From an uncultured Gemmatimonadales bacterium (GTDB taxonomy: Bacteria > Gemmatimonadota > Gemmatimonadetes > Longimicrobiales > RSA9): a stretch of 64,000 nt of DNA. Both the position numbers and the translations under genes were made by a program. The notes under the pieces are model-generated. The model was not told where the DNA came from. It worked only from the letters and a program-made list of their open reading frames with translations, and ran no database searches. The first letter of the stretch is position 1, and the number at the start of each line of letters is the position of its first letter. The DNA lies in NCBI GenBank assembly GCA_963798085.1, contig CAWCRS010000001.1, positions 64,001 to 128,000 on the forward strand. Reading direction: 5' to 3'. This document shows positions 43,379-52,349 of this stretch, piece by piece.

Positions 43379-44179
43379 TCACCCGGAGTGCAGCCGCGTC
43401 GATACCGCATCCCCGGTCCACGAGGACTCCGGGAAGGAGCGGAACGCACCCCGCCGCCACGTGCCGGCCCGCCGTAGATGCGCCACGGCTTCGCCTCGCC
43501 GGCGCACGCGCAGCTTTTCCAGAATGTTGTGCACGTGATTCTTCACAGTGGAAAGACCAATCCGCAGGCGGCGCGCGATTTCCTTGTTGGAGAGGCCCTG
43601 CTCGATCAGCTCGACGATCTCGCGCTCGCGGGTGGTGAGCGACGCTTCCGTGTCCACCGGGGTCGCGCGCGCATCGGTCAGGTCCGCGACGCGGCGGAAC
43701 AGCATGCCGGCCACGCGCGGTGAGCACCACGCCTCACCTCGCACCACGCCCTCGAGCGTGGCCATGAGATCGCTCAGGCTGGCACTGCGCGGGACATACG
43801 CCGCCACGCCCGACTCCGCACACGCCAGCACCGCACTCTCGTTGTCCTCGACGGCGAAAGCCACGACGTGCATCGTCGCCTGCAATCTGCGCAGCTGACG
43901 GGCGGCCTCGAACGCATCACGCATTGAGATGTCGAGCAGCACCACGTCGGGCGACATCTGCTCCGCCTGGACGAGGGCGCTCTGCGCATCCGTTGCCACG
44001 GCCGCGACGCGCAGGGCCGTGGAGCCATCGAGTGCGCGCGTCAGTCCGTCGCTGAGCAGCCGCACATTGGTGATGACGAGCACACGTATCCCGGCACCGT
44101 CGTGAGGCGCGACTGGGGAGAGAGGAGCGGACGAGGTGGACGGGACCGCATCATCCCGCGGCAGCGATAACCCGGCCAT
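43379..44179 (-). CDS. NarL/LuxR-family response regulator with atypical REC domain
   Basis: PDVVLLD; HTH LTTREREIVELIEQGLSNKEIARRL..TVKNHVHNILEKL; start uncertain. Confidence 0.9.
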   Translation of the reverse strand: MAGLSLPRDDAVPSTSSAPLSPVAPHDGAGIRVLVITNVRLLSDGLTRALDGSTALRVAAVATDAQSALVQAEQMSPDVVLLDISMRDAFEAARQLRRLQATMHVVAFAVEDNESAVLACAESGVAAYVPRSASLSDLMATLEGVVRGEAWCSPRVAGMLFRRVADLTDARATPVDTEASLTTREREIVELIEQGLSNKEIARRLRIGLSTVKNHVHNILEKLRVRRRGEAVAHLRRAGTWRRGAFRSFPESSWTGDAVSTRLHSG

Positions 44180-44429
44180 CGTAACGGCGAATGAGGATGC
44201 GGCGAGGTCGATTCAGGGAAGACCCTCACCGCTGGCCAAGATAGGACTCGCCCTCCGACCGATCAAGAGAAGCGACGCGCGGCCCCGCCGCCGGTGCTGA
44301 ACTGGCTGCCTGGCCTGAAGCCCTGACTACTTCGCTTCCGCCGTCGAATCTGCCCGCTCCAACCGGGCGTAGGGCTACCGTCGGCACCTCGCCACCCGCA
44401 CATTCCCGCGCACACACACAGAGGTACTC

Positions 44430-46877
44430 ATGGCCGAAGCCCTGCACGAACTCCGCCTCGCATTCCGCGTCATGCGGCAGCGCCCGTTGTTCGCGACGGT
44501 CGCGATCGTCTCGCTGGCCGTGGGCCTGGGCGCGAGCACGGCCATATTCAGCGTGGTAAATGCGCTGTTATTGCGGCCGCTGCCCGGGGTGGGCGAGCCG
44601 GATCGCGCGGTCGAGATCGGGCGGACCACAGGCGGCCGCGGCTTCGACACCTTCGCCTACCGCGAAATGCTCGACATCCGCGAGCAGGTGCCATCGCTCG
44701 AGCAGGTGGCGGGCTGGACCATCCGACCGGTCAGCCTGAGTGCCGGCGGCGAGGGGCAGCGCGCGCTGGGCATGCTGACGTCGTGGAACTACTTCGCCGC
44801 GCTGGGCGTGCGCCCGCTCCTGGGTCGCTTCGCCACGCCGGACGAAGACATCGTGGGCGCCCAGGGCGCGGTCGCCGTGCTCTCCTGGCAGTTCTGGCAG
44901 CAGCGCATGGGCGCGGATCCCGGCATCCTCGGCCGCGAAATCTCGATCGACCGCCACGCGTTCACTGTCATTGGCGTAACGCCGCCGGAATTCCGCGGCA
45001 ACGTCGTCGGCATCGCGCCGGATGTCTACATCCCGATCACCACGGCCGGCGTACTCGTTCCCGGCCTCACGGATTTCGACAGTTATCGTGCGAGCTGGTT
45101 CACGATCGTGGGCCGGCTCGCGCCCGGCGGGACACTGCCCCAGGCGCAGGCCGCACTGAACGCGCTGTTTGCCCGCATGCCGCAGGAGGCGGCGGAAGGC
45201 GACCTGCGCAACCTGCGCGGTGCGCGCGTGATGCCGCTCGGTCCGATACCCGGCGCGGGGCGCACGATCGTGACGGCGTTCCTCGGCATGCTGTTCGGCG
45301 TCGTGGGCCTGGTGCTGCTGATCGCGTGCTCGAACGTGGCGGGCATGCTCATCGCTCGCGCCACGGCGAGGGGTCGCGAGATCGCGATCCGTCTGGCGCT
45401 CGGCGCCGGACGCCTGCGTCTCGTGCGACAACTCCTCGTCGAGGCGCTCGCCCTCTTCGTGCTCGGCGGCCTTGCCGGCATTGCGCTCGCGTGGTGGGGT
45501 GTCGGCCTGGTCTCGCGCATTCACCTGCCCGTGCCCATTCCCGTCGACTTCGACTTCCGCCCCGATGGCCGCGTCCTCGGCTTCGGCCTGCTGCTCGCGC
45601 TGTCGAGTGGCGTGATCTTCGGGCTCGCGCCTGCGCTGCAGGCCACACGGTTCGCCGTGGTGGGCGCGCTCAAGAACGAGGCGGCACGCCGCGGCAGCCG
45701 CGGCGGCAGGCTGCGCCGCGTGTTCGTCGCCGCGCAGATCGCGCTCTCCGTCATTCTGCTGGTGTGCGCCGGCCTGTTCCTGCGCTCGCTGCAGCGCGCC
45801 GCGCAGATCACCACCGGCTTCGATCCGGCCGGTGTGCACGCACTGAGCTTCAACCTCGCCATCAATGGGTACGACGACGTCGCCGGCGCCGCCTTCGAGC
45901 GCGACCTGCTGGACCGCGTCCGCAGCGTCCCGGGGATCCCCGCCGCGGCGTTCGCCTCGGACCTGCCGCTCGACGGCAGCAAGAGCGGCGAGCCCGCCTA
46001 CCCCGAGGACAGCGCTGCCGGCCGCCGCCGCGATGGCATGGATGCGTCGTTCTGTGTCGTGAGTGACGGCTATTTCGAGCTGCTGGGCGTGAAACTGTTG
46101 CGCGGCCGCGTGTTCAACAGTGCCGATGGACCGTCTGCGGAGCCCGTCATCGTGGTCAGCCGCAGTTTTGCCGAGAGCGCGTGGCCGGGCAGCGAAGCGG
46201 TGGGCCGGCGGGTGCGCGTCGGTGGACCCGACCAGCCGCTGCGCACGATCATCGGGGTGGTGGACAACGTGAAGAACCAGATGCTGTCCGAGCAGCCCGA
46301 GCCAATGTACTACCTGCCCTTAACACAGCGTTACGACGGCTCCTTGTATCTGCTGACGAAGGGTCCGGGCGATGGCGCCGCCGCCGCCGCGGCCGCGCTG
46401 CGTACCGTGCGCGCGCAGGATCCCCGCCTCTCGCTCACCGAGCCGCAGTCGCTGGCTGCGATCACATCGCTGGGGGTGCTGCCCCAGCGCATTGCCGCAA
46501 GCCTGAGCAGCAGTCTGGGCCTGCTCGCGCTGCTGCTCTCCGCCATTGGCGTGTACGGCGTCATTGCCTTCATGGTGGCGCAGCGCACGCGGGAGATCGG
46601 TGTGCGCATGGCGCTGGGCGCACGCCGGCCCGATGTCTTTGCGCTCGTGCTCCGCGGCGGACTGCTGCTGGCGCTGCCCGGCTTCGCGATCGGCCTGCTG
46701 GCCGCGCTCGCGCTGAGCCGCCTGCTGCGCAGCTTCCTCCTCGGCGTACCGACGCTCGATCCGGTCACGTTCCTCGGCATGCCCGCAGTACTGCTCGTCA
46801 CGATCATTCTCGCCGCGCTCGGACCCGCACGCCGCGCTTCCGCGGTGCAGCCCGTGCGCGCACTGCGCAGCGACTGA
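44430..46877 (+). CDS. ADOP-type duplicated MacB/FtsX ABC permease
   Basis: LAVGLGASTAIFSVVNA, LLIACSNVA, REIAIRLALGA, QRTREIGVRMALGA; GAGG RBS. Confidence 0.93.
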   Translation: MAEALHELRLAFRVMRQRPLFATVAIVSLAVGLGASTAIFSVVNALLLRPLPGVGEPDRAVEIGRTTGGRGFDTFAYREMLDIREQVPSLEQVAGWTIRPVSLSAGGEGQRALGMLTSWNYFAALGVRPLLGRFATPDEDIVGAQGAVAVLSWQFWQQRMGADPGILGREISIDRHAFTVIGVTPPEFRGNVVGIAPDVYIPITTAGVLVPGLTDFDSYRASWFTIVGRLAPGGTLPQAQAALNALFARMPQEAAEGDLRNLRGARVMPLGPIPGAGRTIVTAFLGMLFGVVGLVLLIACSNVAGMLIARATARGREIAIRLALGAGRLRLVRQLLVEALALFVLGGLAGIALAWWGVGLVSRIHLPVPIPVDFDFRPDGRVLGFGLLLALSSGVIFGLAPALQATRFAVVGALKNEAARRGSRGGRLRRVFVAAQIALSVILLVCAGLFLRSLQRAAQITTGFDPAGVHALSFNLAINGYDDVAGAAFERDLLDRVRSVPGIPAAAFASDLPLDGSKSGEPAYPEDSAAGRRRDGMDASFCVVSDGYFELLGVKLLRGRVFNSADGPSAEPVIVVSRSFAESAWPGSEAVGRRVRVGGPDQPLRTIIGVVDNVKNQMLSEQPEPMYYLPLTQRYDGSLYLLTKGPGDGAAAAAAALRTVRAQDPRLSLTEPQSLAAITSLGVLPQRIAASLSSSLGLLALLLSAIGVYGVIAFMVAQRTREIGVRMALGARRPDVFALVLRGGLLLALPGFAIGLLAALALSRLLRSFLLGVPTLDPVTFLGMPAVLLVTIILAALGPARRASAVQPVRALRSD

Positions 46878-47806
46878 TGCCGGGTCCGGCGCGGAAACCG
46901 CGCAGGCTCACGTTTGCGCGCGTCCTGCTGGCGCTGCTGCTGCTCCTCGCCGCCGGCGGAGCCTGGTTCGCCTGGGGCATCCGGCCCAGCAATGACCGCA
47001 ACTGGGTGCCCGATCAGGCGCACACGCTGACCGCGACCATCACCGGACCTCGCGTCGTCGTCCACAATGTGCGCAATTTCGACTGGACCGCCGGCGATAT
47101 TCCCTCGCCGCGCTGGGAGGACCGCACGCTCGACCTCGACCGCATCGAGTCCGTCTGGTTCGTGCTCACGCCCTTCGACACGAACTGGCGCGGGCCCGCG
47201 CACGCGTTCCTGAGTTTTGCTTTCGCCGACTCGCAGTACCTCGCCATCTCCATCGAGGCGAGGCGTGAAGTGGGCGAAACCTACTCGATTCTGAAAGGCA
47301 TGCTGAAACGTTTCGAGATTGCGTACATCGCAGGCGACGAACGGGATGTCATCGGCCTGCGCGTCCTGCAGCATCACAGCGAGGTCTACCTGTATCCTGT
47401 CCGCGCCACACCGGAAGCAGTGCGCGAGCTGTTCACCGGCATGCTGCAGGCCGCGAACCAGCTCGCGGCCAAGCCGAAGTTCTACGGCACGCTGCGTGAC
47501 AACTGCACGACGCGCATCCTCGACCACGTGAACGCGATCGCGCCGCACACCATTCCCTACAGCTGGCGCGTGCTGCTGCCCGGGTACTCGGACGGACTCG
47601 CGCTGTCGCTCAACCTGATCGACACGGACCTGCCCCTCGAGGACGCGCGCCAGCGGTTCCATGTGAACGACCGGGTGCGCAGGTTCATCGCCGCGCCGGA
47701 CTTCTCCGAACGCATCCGTGAGCCGGTCGCGACCGCACCGCCCGACAGTACCCCGCCGGCCGCACGCAGCACGCGCACACAGCTGGCTGCCGCCGTGTAC
47801 AACTGA
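46877..47806 (+). CDS. DUF4105 (Lnb N-terminal-like) protein
   Basis: N-terminal TM helix, PSNDRNW, NVRNF, AHAFLSF, SIEARRE.GE.YS, FY.TL.DNCTT, LLPGYSD. Confidence 0.85.
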   Translation: MPGPARKPRRLTFARVLLALLLLLAAGGAWFAWGIRPSNDRNWVPDQAHTLTATITGPRVVVHNVRNFDWTAGDIPSPRWEDRTLDLDRIESVWFVLTPFDTNWRGPAHAFLSFAFADSQYLAISIEARREVGETYSILKGMLKRFEIAYIAGDERDVIGLRVLQHHSEVYLYPVRATPEAVRELFTGMLQAANQLAAKPKFYGTLRDNCTTRILDHVNAIAPHTIPYSWRVLLPGYSDGLALSLNLIDTDLPLEDARQRFHVNDRVRRFIAAPDFSERIREPVATAPPDSTPPAARSTRTQLAAAVYN

Positions 47807-47836
47807 CTGTTTGCGGAATCGACAGAGGACGGGACC

Positions 47837-48721
47837 ATGCTTGCTATCGTTCGCCGACCGGCCCTGGTGCTGCTGAGCACGCTGCTGCTGCCCGCCGCGG
47901 TGGTGCGCTGGGGTCACGAAGGACACCTGATGGTGGGGCTGGCCGCGGCCTCCCGCCTGCCGCCCGACATGCCCGCGTTCTTCCGCGATGCGAAGGACGA
48001 GCTGGGCTGGCTCGACTTCGAGCCCGATCGCATGCGCAATCCTGCGCTCGTCGAGATGAACGATGTCATGCAGTACGACCATTTCATCGATCTCGAGAAG
48101 ATTCCCGACGCGGCGCTCGCGGCGCGCAACCGCTGGGCCTATTTCCAGGCGCTGCAGAGTGCGGGCATCGCGCACCCCGAGACCATGGGCTTCCTGCCCT
48201 TCCGCATTGTGGAAGGCTACGAGATGCTGGTGCAGGAGTTCACGCTGTGGCGCAAGGCGACCAATGCGCAGGAGAAGCACTGGATCGAGCAGCGCATCCT
48301 GAACGAGGCCGGCATTCTCGGCCACTTCGTCGCCGATGGCTCGAACCCGCACCACGCCACCATTCACTACAATGGCTGGGCCAGCGGTACGCCCAATCCT
48401 GAAGGGTTCAGCACTGACCACACGATTCACAGCCGCTTCGAGGAGGTGTACGTCTCCTCGCACGTGAAGCTCGATGACGTGATGGCGCGCGTCACAGGGC
48501 CTGCGCGCCAGCTCAATGACGTGCGCGCCGATGTGCTGGCGTACCTGCGCAAGAGCAATTCCCTGGTACGCACGCTGTACGAGCTGGAAAAGAAGGAGCC
48601 CTTCTCGGCTACCACGCAGTCAGCGGATCACAAGGCGTTCGTGGTGGAACGGCTGGCCGCAGGCGCGGAAATGCTGCGCTCGGTGTGGTACACGGCCTGG
48701 CTGAAGAGTGCGACGATGTAG
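47837..48721 (+). CDS. S1/P1 nuclease (zinc-dependent phospholipase C-like) family protein
   Basis: Signal peptide then WGHEGH, PD, HFID, GHFVADGSNPHH, IHSRFE. Confidence 0.82.
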   Translation: MLAIVRRPALVLLSTLLLPAAVVRWGHEGHLMVGLAAASRLPPDMPAFFRDAKDELGWLDFEPDRMRNPALVEMNDVMQYDHFIDLEKIPDAALAARNRWAYFQALQSAGIAHPETMGFLPFRIVEGYEMLVQEFTLWRKATNAQEKHWIEQRILNEAGILGHFVADGSNPHHATIHYNGWASGTPNPEGFSTDHTIHSRFEEVYVSSHVKLDDVMARVTGPARQLNDVRADVLAYLRKSNSLVRTLYELEKKEPFSATTQSADHKAFVVERLAAGAEMLRSVWYTAWLKSATM

Positions 48722-48723
48722 CT

Positions 48724-49236
48724 TCAGCCGTCCTTCTCGATCTCGCGTACTGCGATGATCGCGCTGGTGTTGACGGCGACCGGACCCAGCAGCTTGTCCG
48801 AACCCGCGATCGTCGCCTGCGTTACCGGCAGGAACGCGGGCGCGGCATCGAAATAGTCCGTCAGCCGCTGCTCATCCGCGATGTACAGCCCGGCCTGCAT
48901 CACCACGCCATCGTCCAGTGTCAGCTCGGCCCAGCGCGGTGTCGAGGTAGGCCGCTGATTCGTCGAGATCGGCAGCGCATCGTCCAGCGAGCCCGCCCAC
49001 AGCAGTTTCTCCGTGCGGATCGCCATGTGGGGCAGCACCTGCATGCCCGGGCCGATCCAGCGGGCCTCCGTGATGCTCGTCAGATAACGCCGCGTTTGCA
49101 GGAACACGGCCAGCGACTGCCCTTCCGTGACGTGGATGTTGCCTTCCACGATGCGGCCACCGCGGACCATGAAACGCACCAGACGGCGCGTGAACTGCGC
49201 AAAGGCCCGCGGCCGCTGCATTGGACGAGCATCCAT
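48724..49236 (-). CDS. Hypothetical protein with two similar halves (DUF6812-like)
   Basis: IVEGNIHV..GQSLAVFL and VMQAGLYI..EQRLTDYF..FLPVTQA. Confidence 0.6.
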   Translation of the reverse strand: MDARPMQRPRAFAQFTRRLVRFMVRGGRIVEGNIHVTEGQSLAVFLQTRRYLTSITEARWIGPGMQVLPHMAIRTEKLLWAGSLDDALPISTNQRPTSTPRWAELTLDDGVVMQAGLYIADEQRLTDYFDAAPAFLPVTQATIAGSDKLLGPVAVNTSAIIAVREIEKDG

Positions 49237-49663
49237 CGGAAAGTCCTTTTCACGGATCCGGAAAGCGGCGGATGCCGCAATCCTCGCGGCGGGCCGGGCG
49301 TTGTCCTCCCTCCGACCTCGACGTTTCCGGTTTGTCTGATGTTTTCGGCCTCGGCGCGCGTAAGTTGAGGAGTTTGTGACGTGACGCGCCGATTCCGGGC
49401 CCTGCAGGCCGGTTACAGCACCAACGTTGACCGTTCACCGACGCGCGATTATCTTGGCCGCCCTGAACCTCTGAACTGGGGAAAGATGCGTCGATTTTCC
49501 GGAATCCCTCACAGCATGGCACGACCGCGGTGCACCCGCGTCGGTGTCACCAGCGCCGCGCCGTATGCGCGGCGTGATGGGCTGTGCATGAAGCAACCCG
49601 TACTCACCAGCGACGGGAAGCGAGCAGACCAGGAGTAGCGGAATCGCCGCTATTGGCCAGTAT

Positions 49664-49696
49664 CGGCCTCCCGGGTGCTCGGCTCCCGGGAGGCCG
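49664..49696 (+). terminator. Perfect 12-bp hairpin upstream of the MATE gene (terminator/attenuator-like)
   Basis: CGGCCTCCCGGG / CCCGGGAGGCCG, 9-nt loop, followed by CTTCGTTT. Confidence 0.55.
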
Positions 49697-49744
49697 CTTC
49701 GTTTGAGACAGGAAACGCAGGACCGCACAACTGCGGAGCTGAAA

Positions 49745-51148
49745 GTGCCTTTGCGTAACCGGCTGCAATCGGGCGCGTCACTGCTGCGCAGTGCCTTGCG
49801 CGGCGAAGGCGTGGACCCGGCGCGTGACGCGCTGACCCGCGCCATCGTCTTCCTCGCCGTGCCCATGGTGCTCGAGATGGTGATGGAGTCCATCTTCGCG
49901 GTGGTCGACATCTTCTTCGTTTCCCGCCTGGGCGCGGAAGCGGTTGCCGCCGTCGGCCTCACCGAGTCGATGCTCGCCATCGTCTACACGCTCGCGGGCG
50001 GGCTTTCGATCGGCGTGATGGCCATGGTCGCGCGCCGCATGGGCGCACGTGACCCGGATGGCGCCGCCGATGCCGCTGTGCAGGCCATTGCCCTGGGTCT
50101 GCTGGTGGCCGTGGTCTTCGGCATTGTCGCCGGCGTCAACGCGCCGCGCCTTCTGCACATCATGGGCGCTGATGACAACGTGGTTCGCGTGGGCCACAAC
50201 TTCACACGCGTGATGCTCTCGGGCAGTGGCGTGATACTGCTGCTGTTCCTGAACAACGCGGCGTTCCGCGGCGCCGGCGACGCCGCCGTAGCCATGCGTG
50301 TGCTCTGGACCGCGAACCTCATCAACCTGATCCTGGACCCCTGCCTGATCTTCGGGCTGGGACCGTTTCCGAAGCTGGGTGTGCTGGGCGCCGCCGTGGC
50401 TACCACCACGGGCCGCGGCTCAGCCGTGGTTCTGCAGCTGGTCACACTGCTGCGGGCCGATGGCCGGCTGCGCCTGCGCGCGCGTCACCTGAAGCTGCAC
50501 CCCGCCGTCATGGCAAGGCTCGTGCGCCTGTCCGGTACCGGTACGCTGCAGGTGTTCATCGGCACGGCCAGCTGGATCGGACTGGTGCGCATCCTGTCGA
50601 CGTTCGGCAGCAACGCACTGGCCGGCTACACCATCGCCATTCGCATTGTGCTGTTCGCACTGCTTCCCGCGTGGGGCCTGGCCAACGCCGCCGCCACACT
50701 CGTGGGCCAGAGCCTGGGCGCGAAGAACCCGGAACGCGCCGAACAGGCTGTTTGGCTGGCCGGCTTCATGAATCTGCTGTTCCTGGGCAGTGTGGGCATC
50801 CTCTTCATACTGCTGGCGCCGCAGATCGTGCACTTCTTCGGGGGCGACCCGGTCACCGCCGGGTTCGCGTCGCGCGGCCTGCGCATTGTCAGTGCCGGCT
50901 TCTTCTTCTACGCCTACGGCATGGTGCTGACGCAGTCCTTCAACGGCGCCGGCGCCACCTGGACGCCGACGATCCTGAACCTGTTCTGCTTCTGGCTCTG
51001 GGAAATCCCCGTTGCCTGGGCACTGTCACACAATGCCGGCTTCGGTGCTAACGGCGTGTTCCTGGCCATCACCACCGCCTTCTCCATCATCGCGGTCGTA
51101 AGTGCCATCCTCTTCCGCAGAGGGAGGTGGAAGTTGAGTGTGGTGTAA
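49745..51148 (+). CDS. MATE-family efflux transporter
   Basis: LAVPMVLEM, VDIFFVSRLG, FRGAGD, LGVLGAAVAT, LVGQSLGA; GTG 49745 after GGAG. Confidence 0.93.
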   Translation: MPLRNRLQSGASLLRSALRGEGVDPARDALTRAIVFLAVPMVLEMVMESIFAVVDIFFVSRLGAEAVAAVGLTESMLAIVYTLAGGLSIGVMAMVARRMGARDPDGAADAAVQAIALGLLVAVVFGIVAGVNAPRLLHIMGADDNVVRVGHNFTRVMLSGSGVILLLFLNNAAFRGAGDAAVAMRVLWTANLINLILDPCLIFGLGPFPKLGVLGAAVATTTGRGSAVVLQLVTLLRADGRLRLRARHLKLHPAVMARLVRLSGTGTLQVFIGTASWIGLVRILSTFGSNALAGYTIAIRIVLFALLPAWGLANAAATLVGQSLGAKNPERAEQAVWLAGFMNLLFLGSVGILFILLAPQIVHFFGGDPVTAGFASRGLRIVSAGFFFYAYGMVLTQSFNGAGATWTPTILNLFCFWLWEIPVAWALSHNAGFGANGVFLAITTAFSIIAVVSAILFRRGRWKLSVV

Positions 51149-51189
51149 GCGGAGGCGTACTTCCCGGCCGGGAGTTGGCGGAGGACTGG

Positions 51190-51380
51190 CCACTCGTTTC
51201 GTCATGCGGCCACGCAACCTGACACCCGACGATGAGACGGGCACCGGCAGGTACAGCGAGCACCAGATCTTCAATGCGCTGTGCTCCGGGCTGCGCCCGC
51301 GCGCGACACCCGACGGCGCGATCACGTCCGGCACGCCTGGCCTGGGCAACTGCCCGAAGAATCCGGATTACCAGACGAAA
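51190..51380 (+). pseudogene. Internal fragment of a cytochrome c gene
   Basis: PRNLTPDDETGTGRYSEHQIFNAL.SGLRP; no CxxCH or proper start; limits approximate. Confidence 0.5.
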
Positions 51381-51420
51381 GCCAAGGCCGATGTCCAATC
51401 CCGGATCGGCGCTAACGATC

Positions 51421-52125
51421 TCAATCTGACGTGTCGGTGGCCGTTTCGGCGAGGCGAGTCAGCTCGCTGACGACGTTCTCCAGCTTTTCCGCTTCCGACT
51501 TCGACAATCGCCGGAGAATCGCGCGCAGCCCACCGAACACGATGGAGAGGACGGCGAGGACGATGAGGACCGGTATCACGCTGTCTGTCTTCACGGACGC
51601 AAAGACACCTGCCATCGATACGAACAGACTCAGGATGCCGGCCGGCAGGAATGCGATGAGCGCGGCATTGTTCAGATTGCTGGCTGCGCGGATCGTCGTG
51701 CTGCCGTCCCTGGACCAGACACTCACGTGCCTCTCGACGAAGTCGCCGCGTGCGCTCCATTCGAGGGAGCCGCGGATGTCAGCGACTTCTCCCTGCAACC
51801 CCGTCGTGTCGCGAATGAGCGAGAGCACGCGTGGCGCATCCTCCGGAGCGATCACGCCCTCCACGGTTCGCTCGAATTGCAGCTGCAGCGGAGCTCCGAT
51901 CAGCGGATTCTCAGGCGCGCCGCGGCGCAGCGCGACATCGCGCGCCGCCTCCTCGATGCGTCGGGGATCGATGCCCGCTTCGCCCGCGATCGCCCTGAGC
52001 TCGGCGAGCGAGAGACCCTCGCGTTTCGAAAGGCTGCGCGACGGGGCGTGCTGCACCGCCCGCTTGAGGATCTCGCGAACCTCGGTGTCGGTGAATCGCC
52101 GGTCGTCGATCGGGGTGTCCGCCAT
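51421..52125 (-). CDS. Hypothetical membrane protein
   Basis: RRFTDTEVREILKRA...LAELRAIAGEAGIDP; two C-terminal TM helices. Confidence 0.75.
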   Translation of the reverse strand: MADTPIDDRRFTDTEVREILKRAVQHAPSRSLSKREGLSLAELRAIAGEAGIDPRRIEEAARDVALRRGAPENPLIGAPLQLQFERTVEGVIAPEDAPRVLSLIRDTTGLQGEVADIRGSLEWSARGDFVERHVSVWSRDGSTTIRAASNLNNAALIAFLPAGILSLFVSMAGVFASVKTDSVIPVLIVLAVLSIVFGGLRAILRRLSKSEAEKLENVVSELTRLAETATDTSD

Positions 52126-52349
52126 CGCTATCGTACGCTAGCCGGTGCCGACGCTGTGGGCCAGACGGGCGCTCGACCTGGACGTTCCTCGACTTCGAAG
52201 CGATTCCGAGTCGGTCCGCCTGACAGCTCGAACAATCCCTCCGACTGGTGTTGCGGTTTCGGCTGGCCAGGCAACATTCATCGCAGTCAATGCCGTATCG
52301 GCCGCTGACGGCAACACCAATTACGGCAAGCATTGACCGGAGTCAACCT

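Noticed and set aside
44180..44429. Riboswitch or ncRNA between the LuxR gene and the permease
   Set aside because: No recognisable conserved RNA motif by eye; would need an Rfam scan
47837..48721. S1/P1 nuclease as an eCIS effector
   Set aside because: Has a Sec-type signal peptide, lacks the HDFG motif and lies in a separate unit
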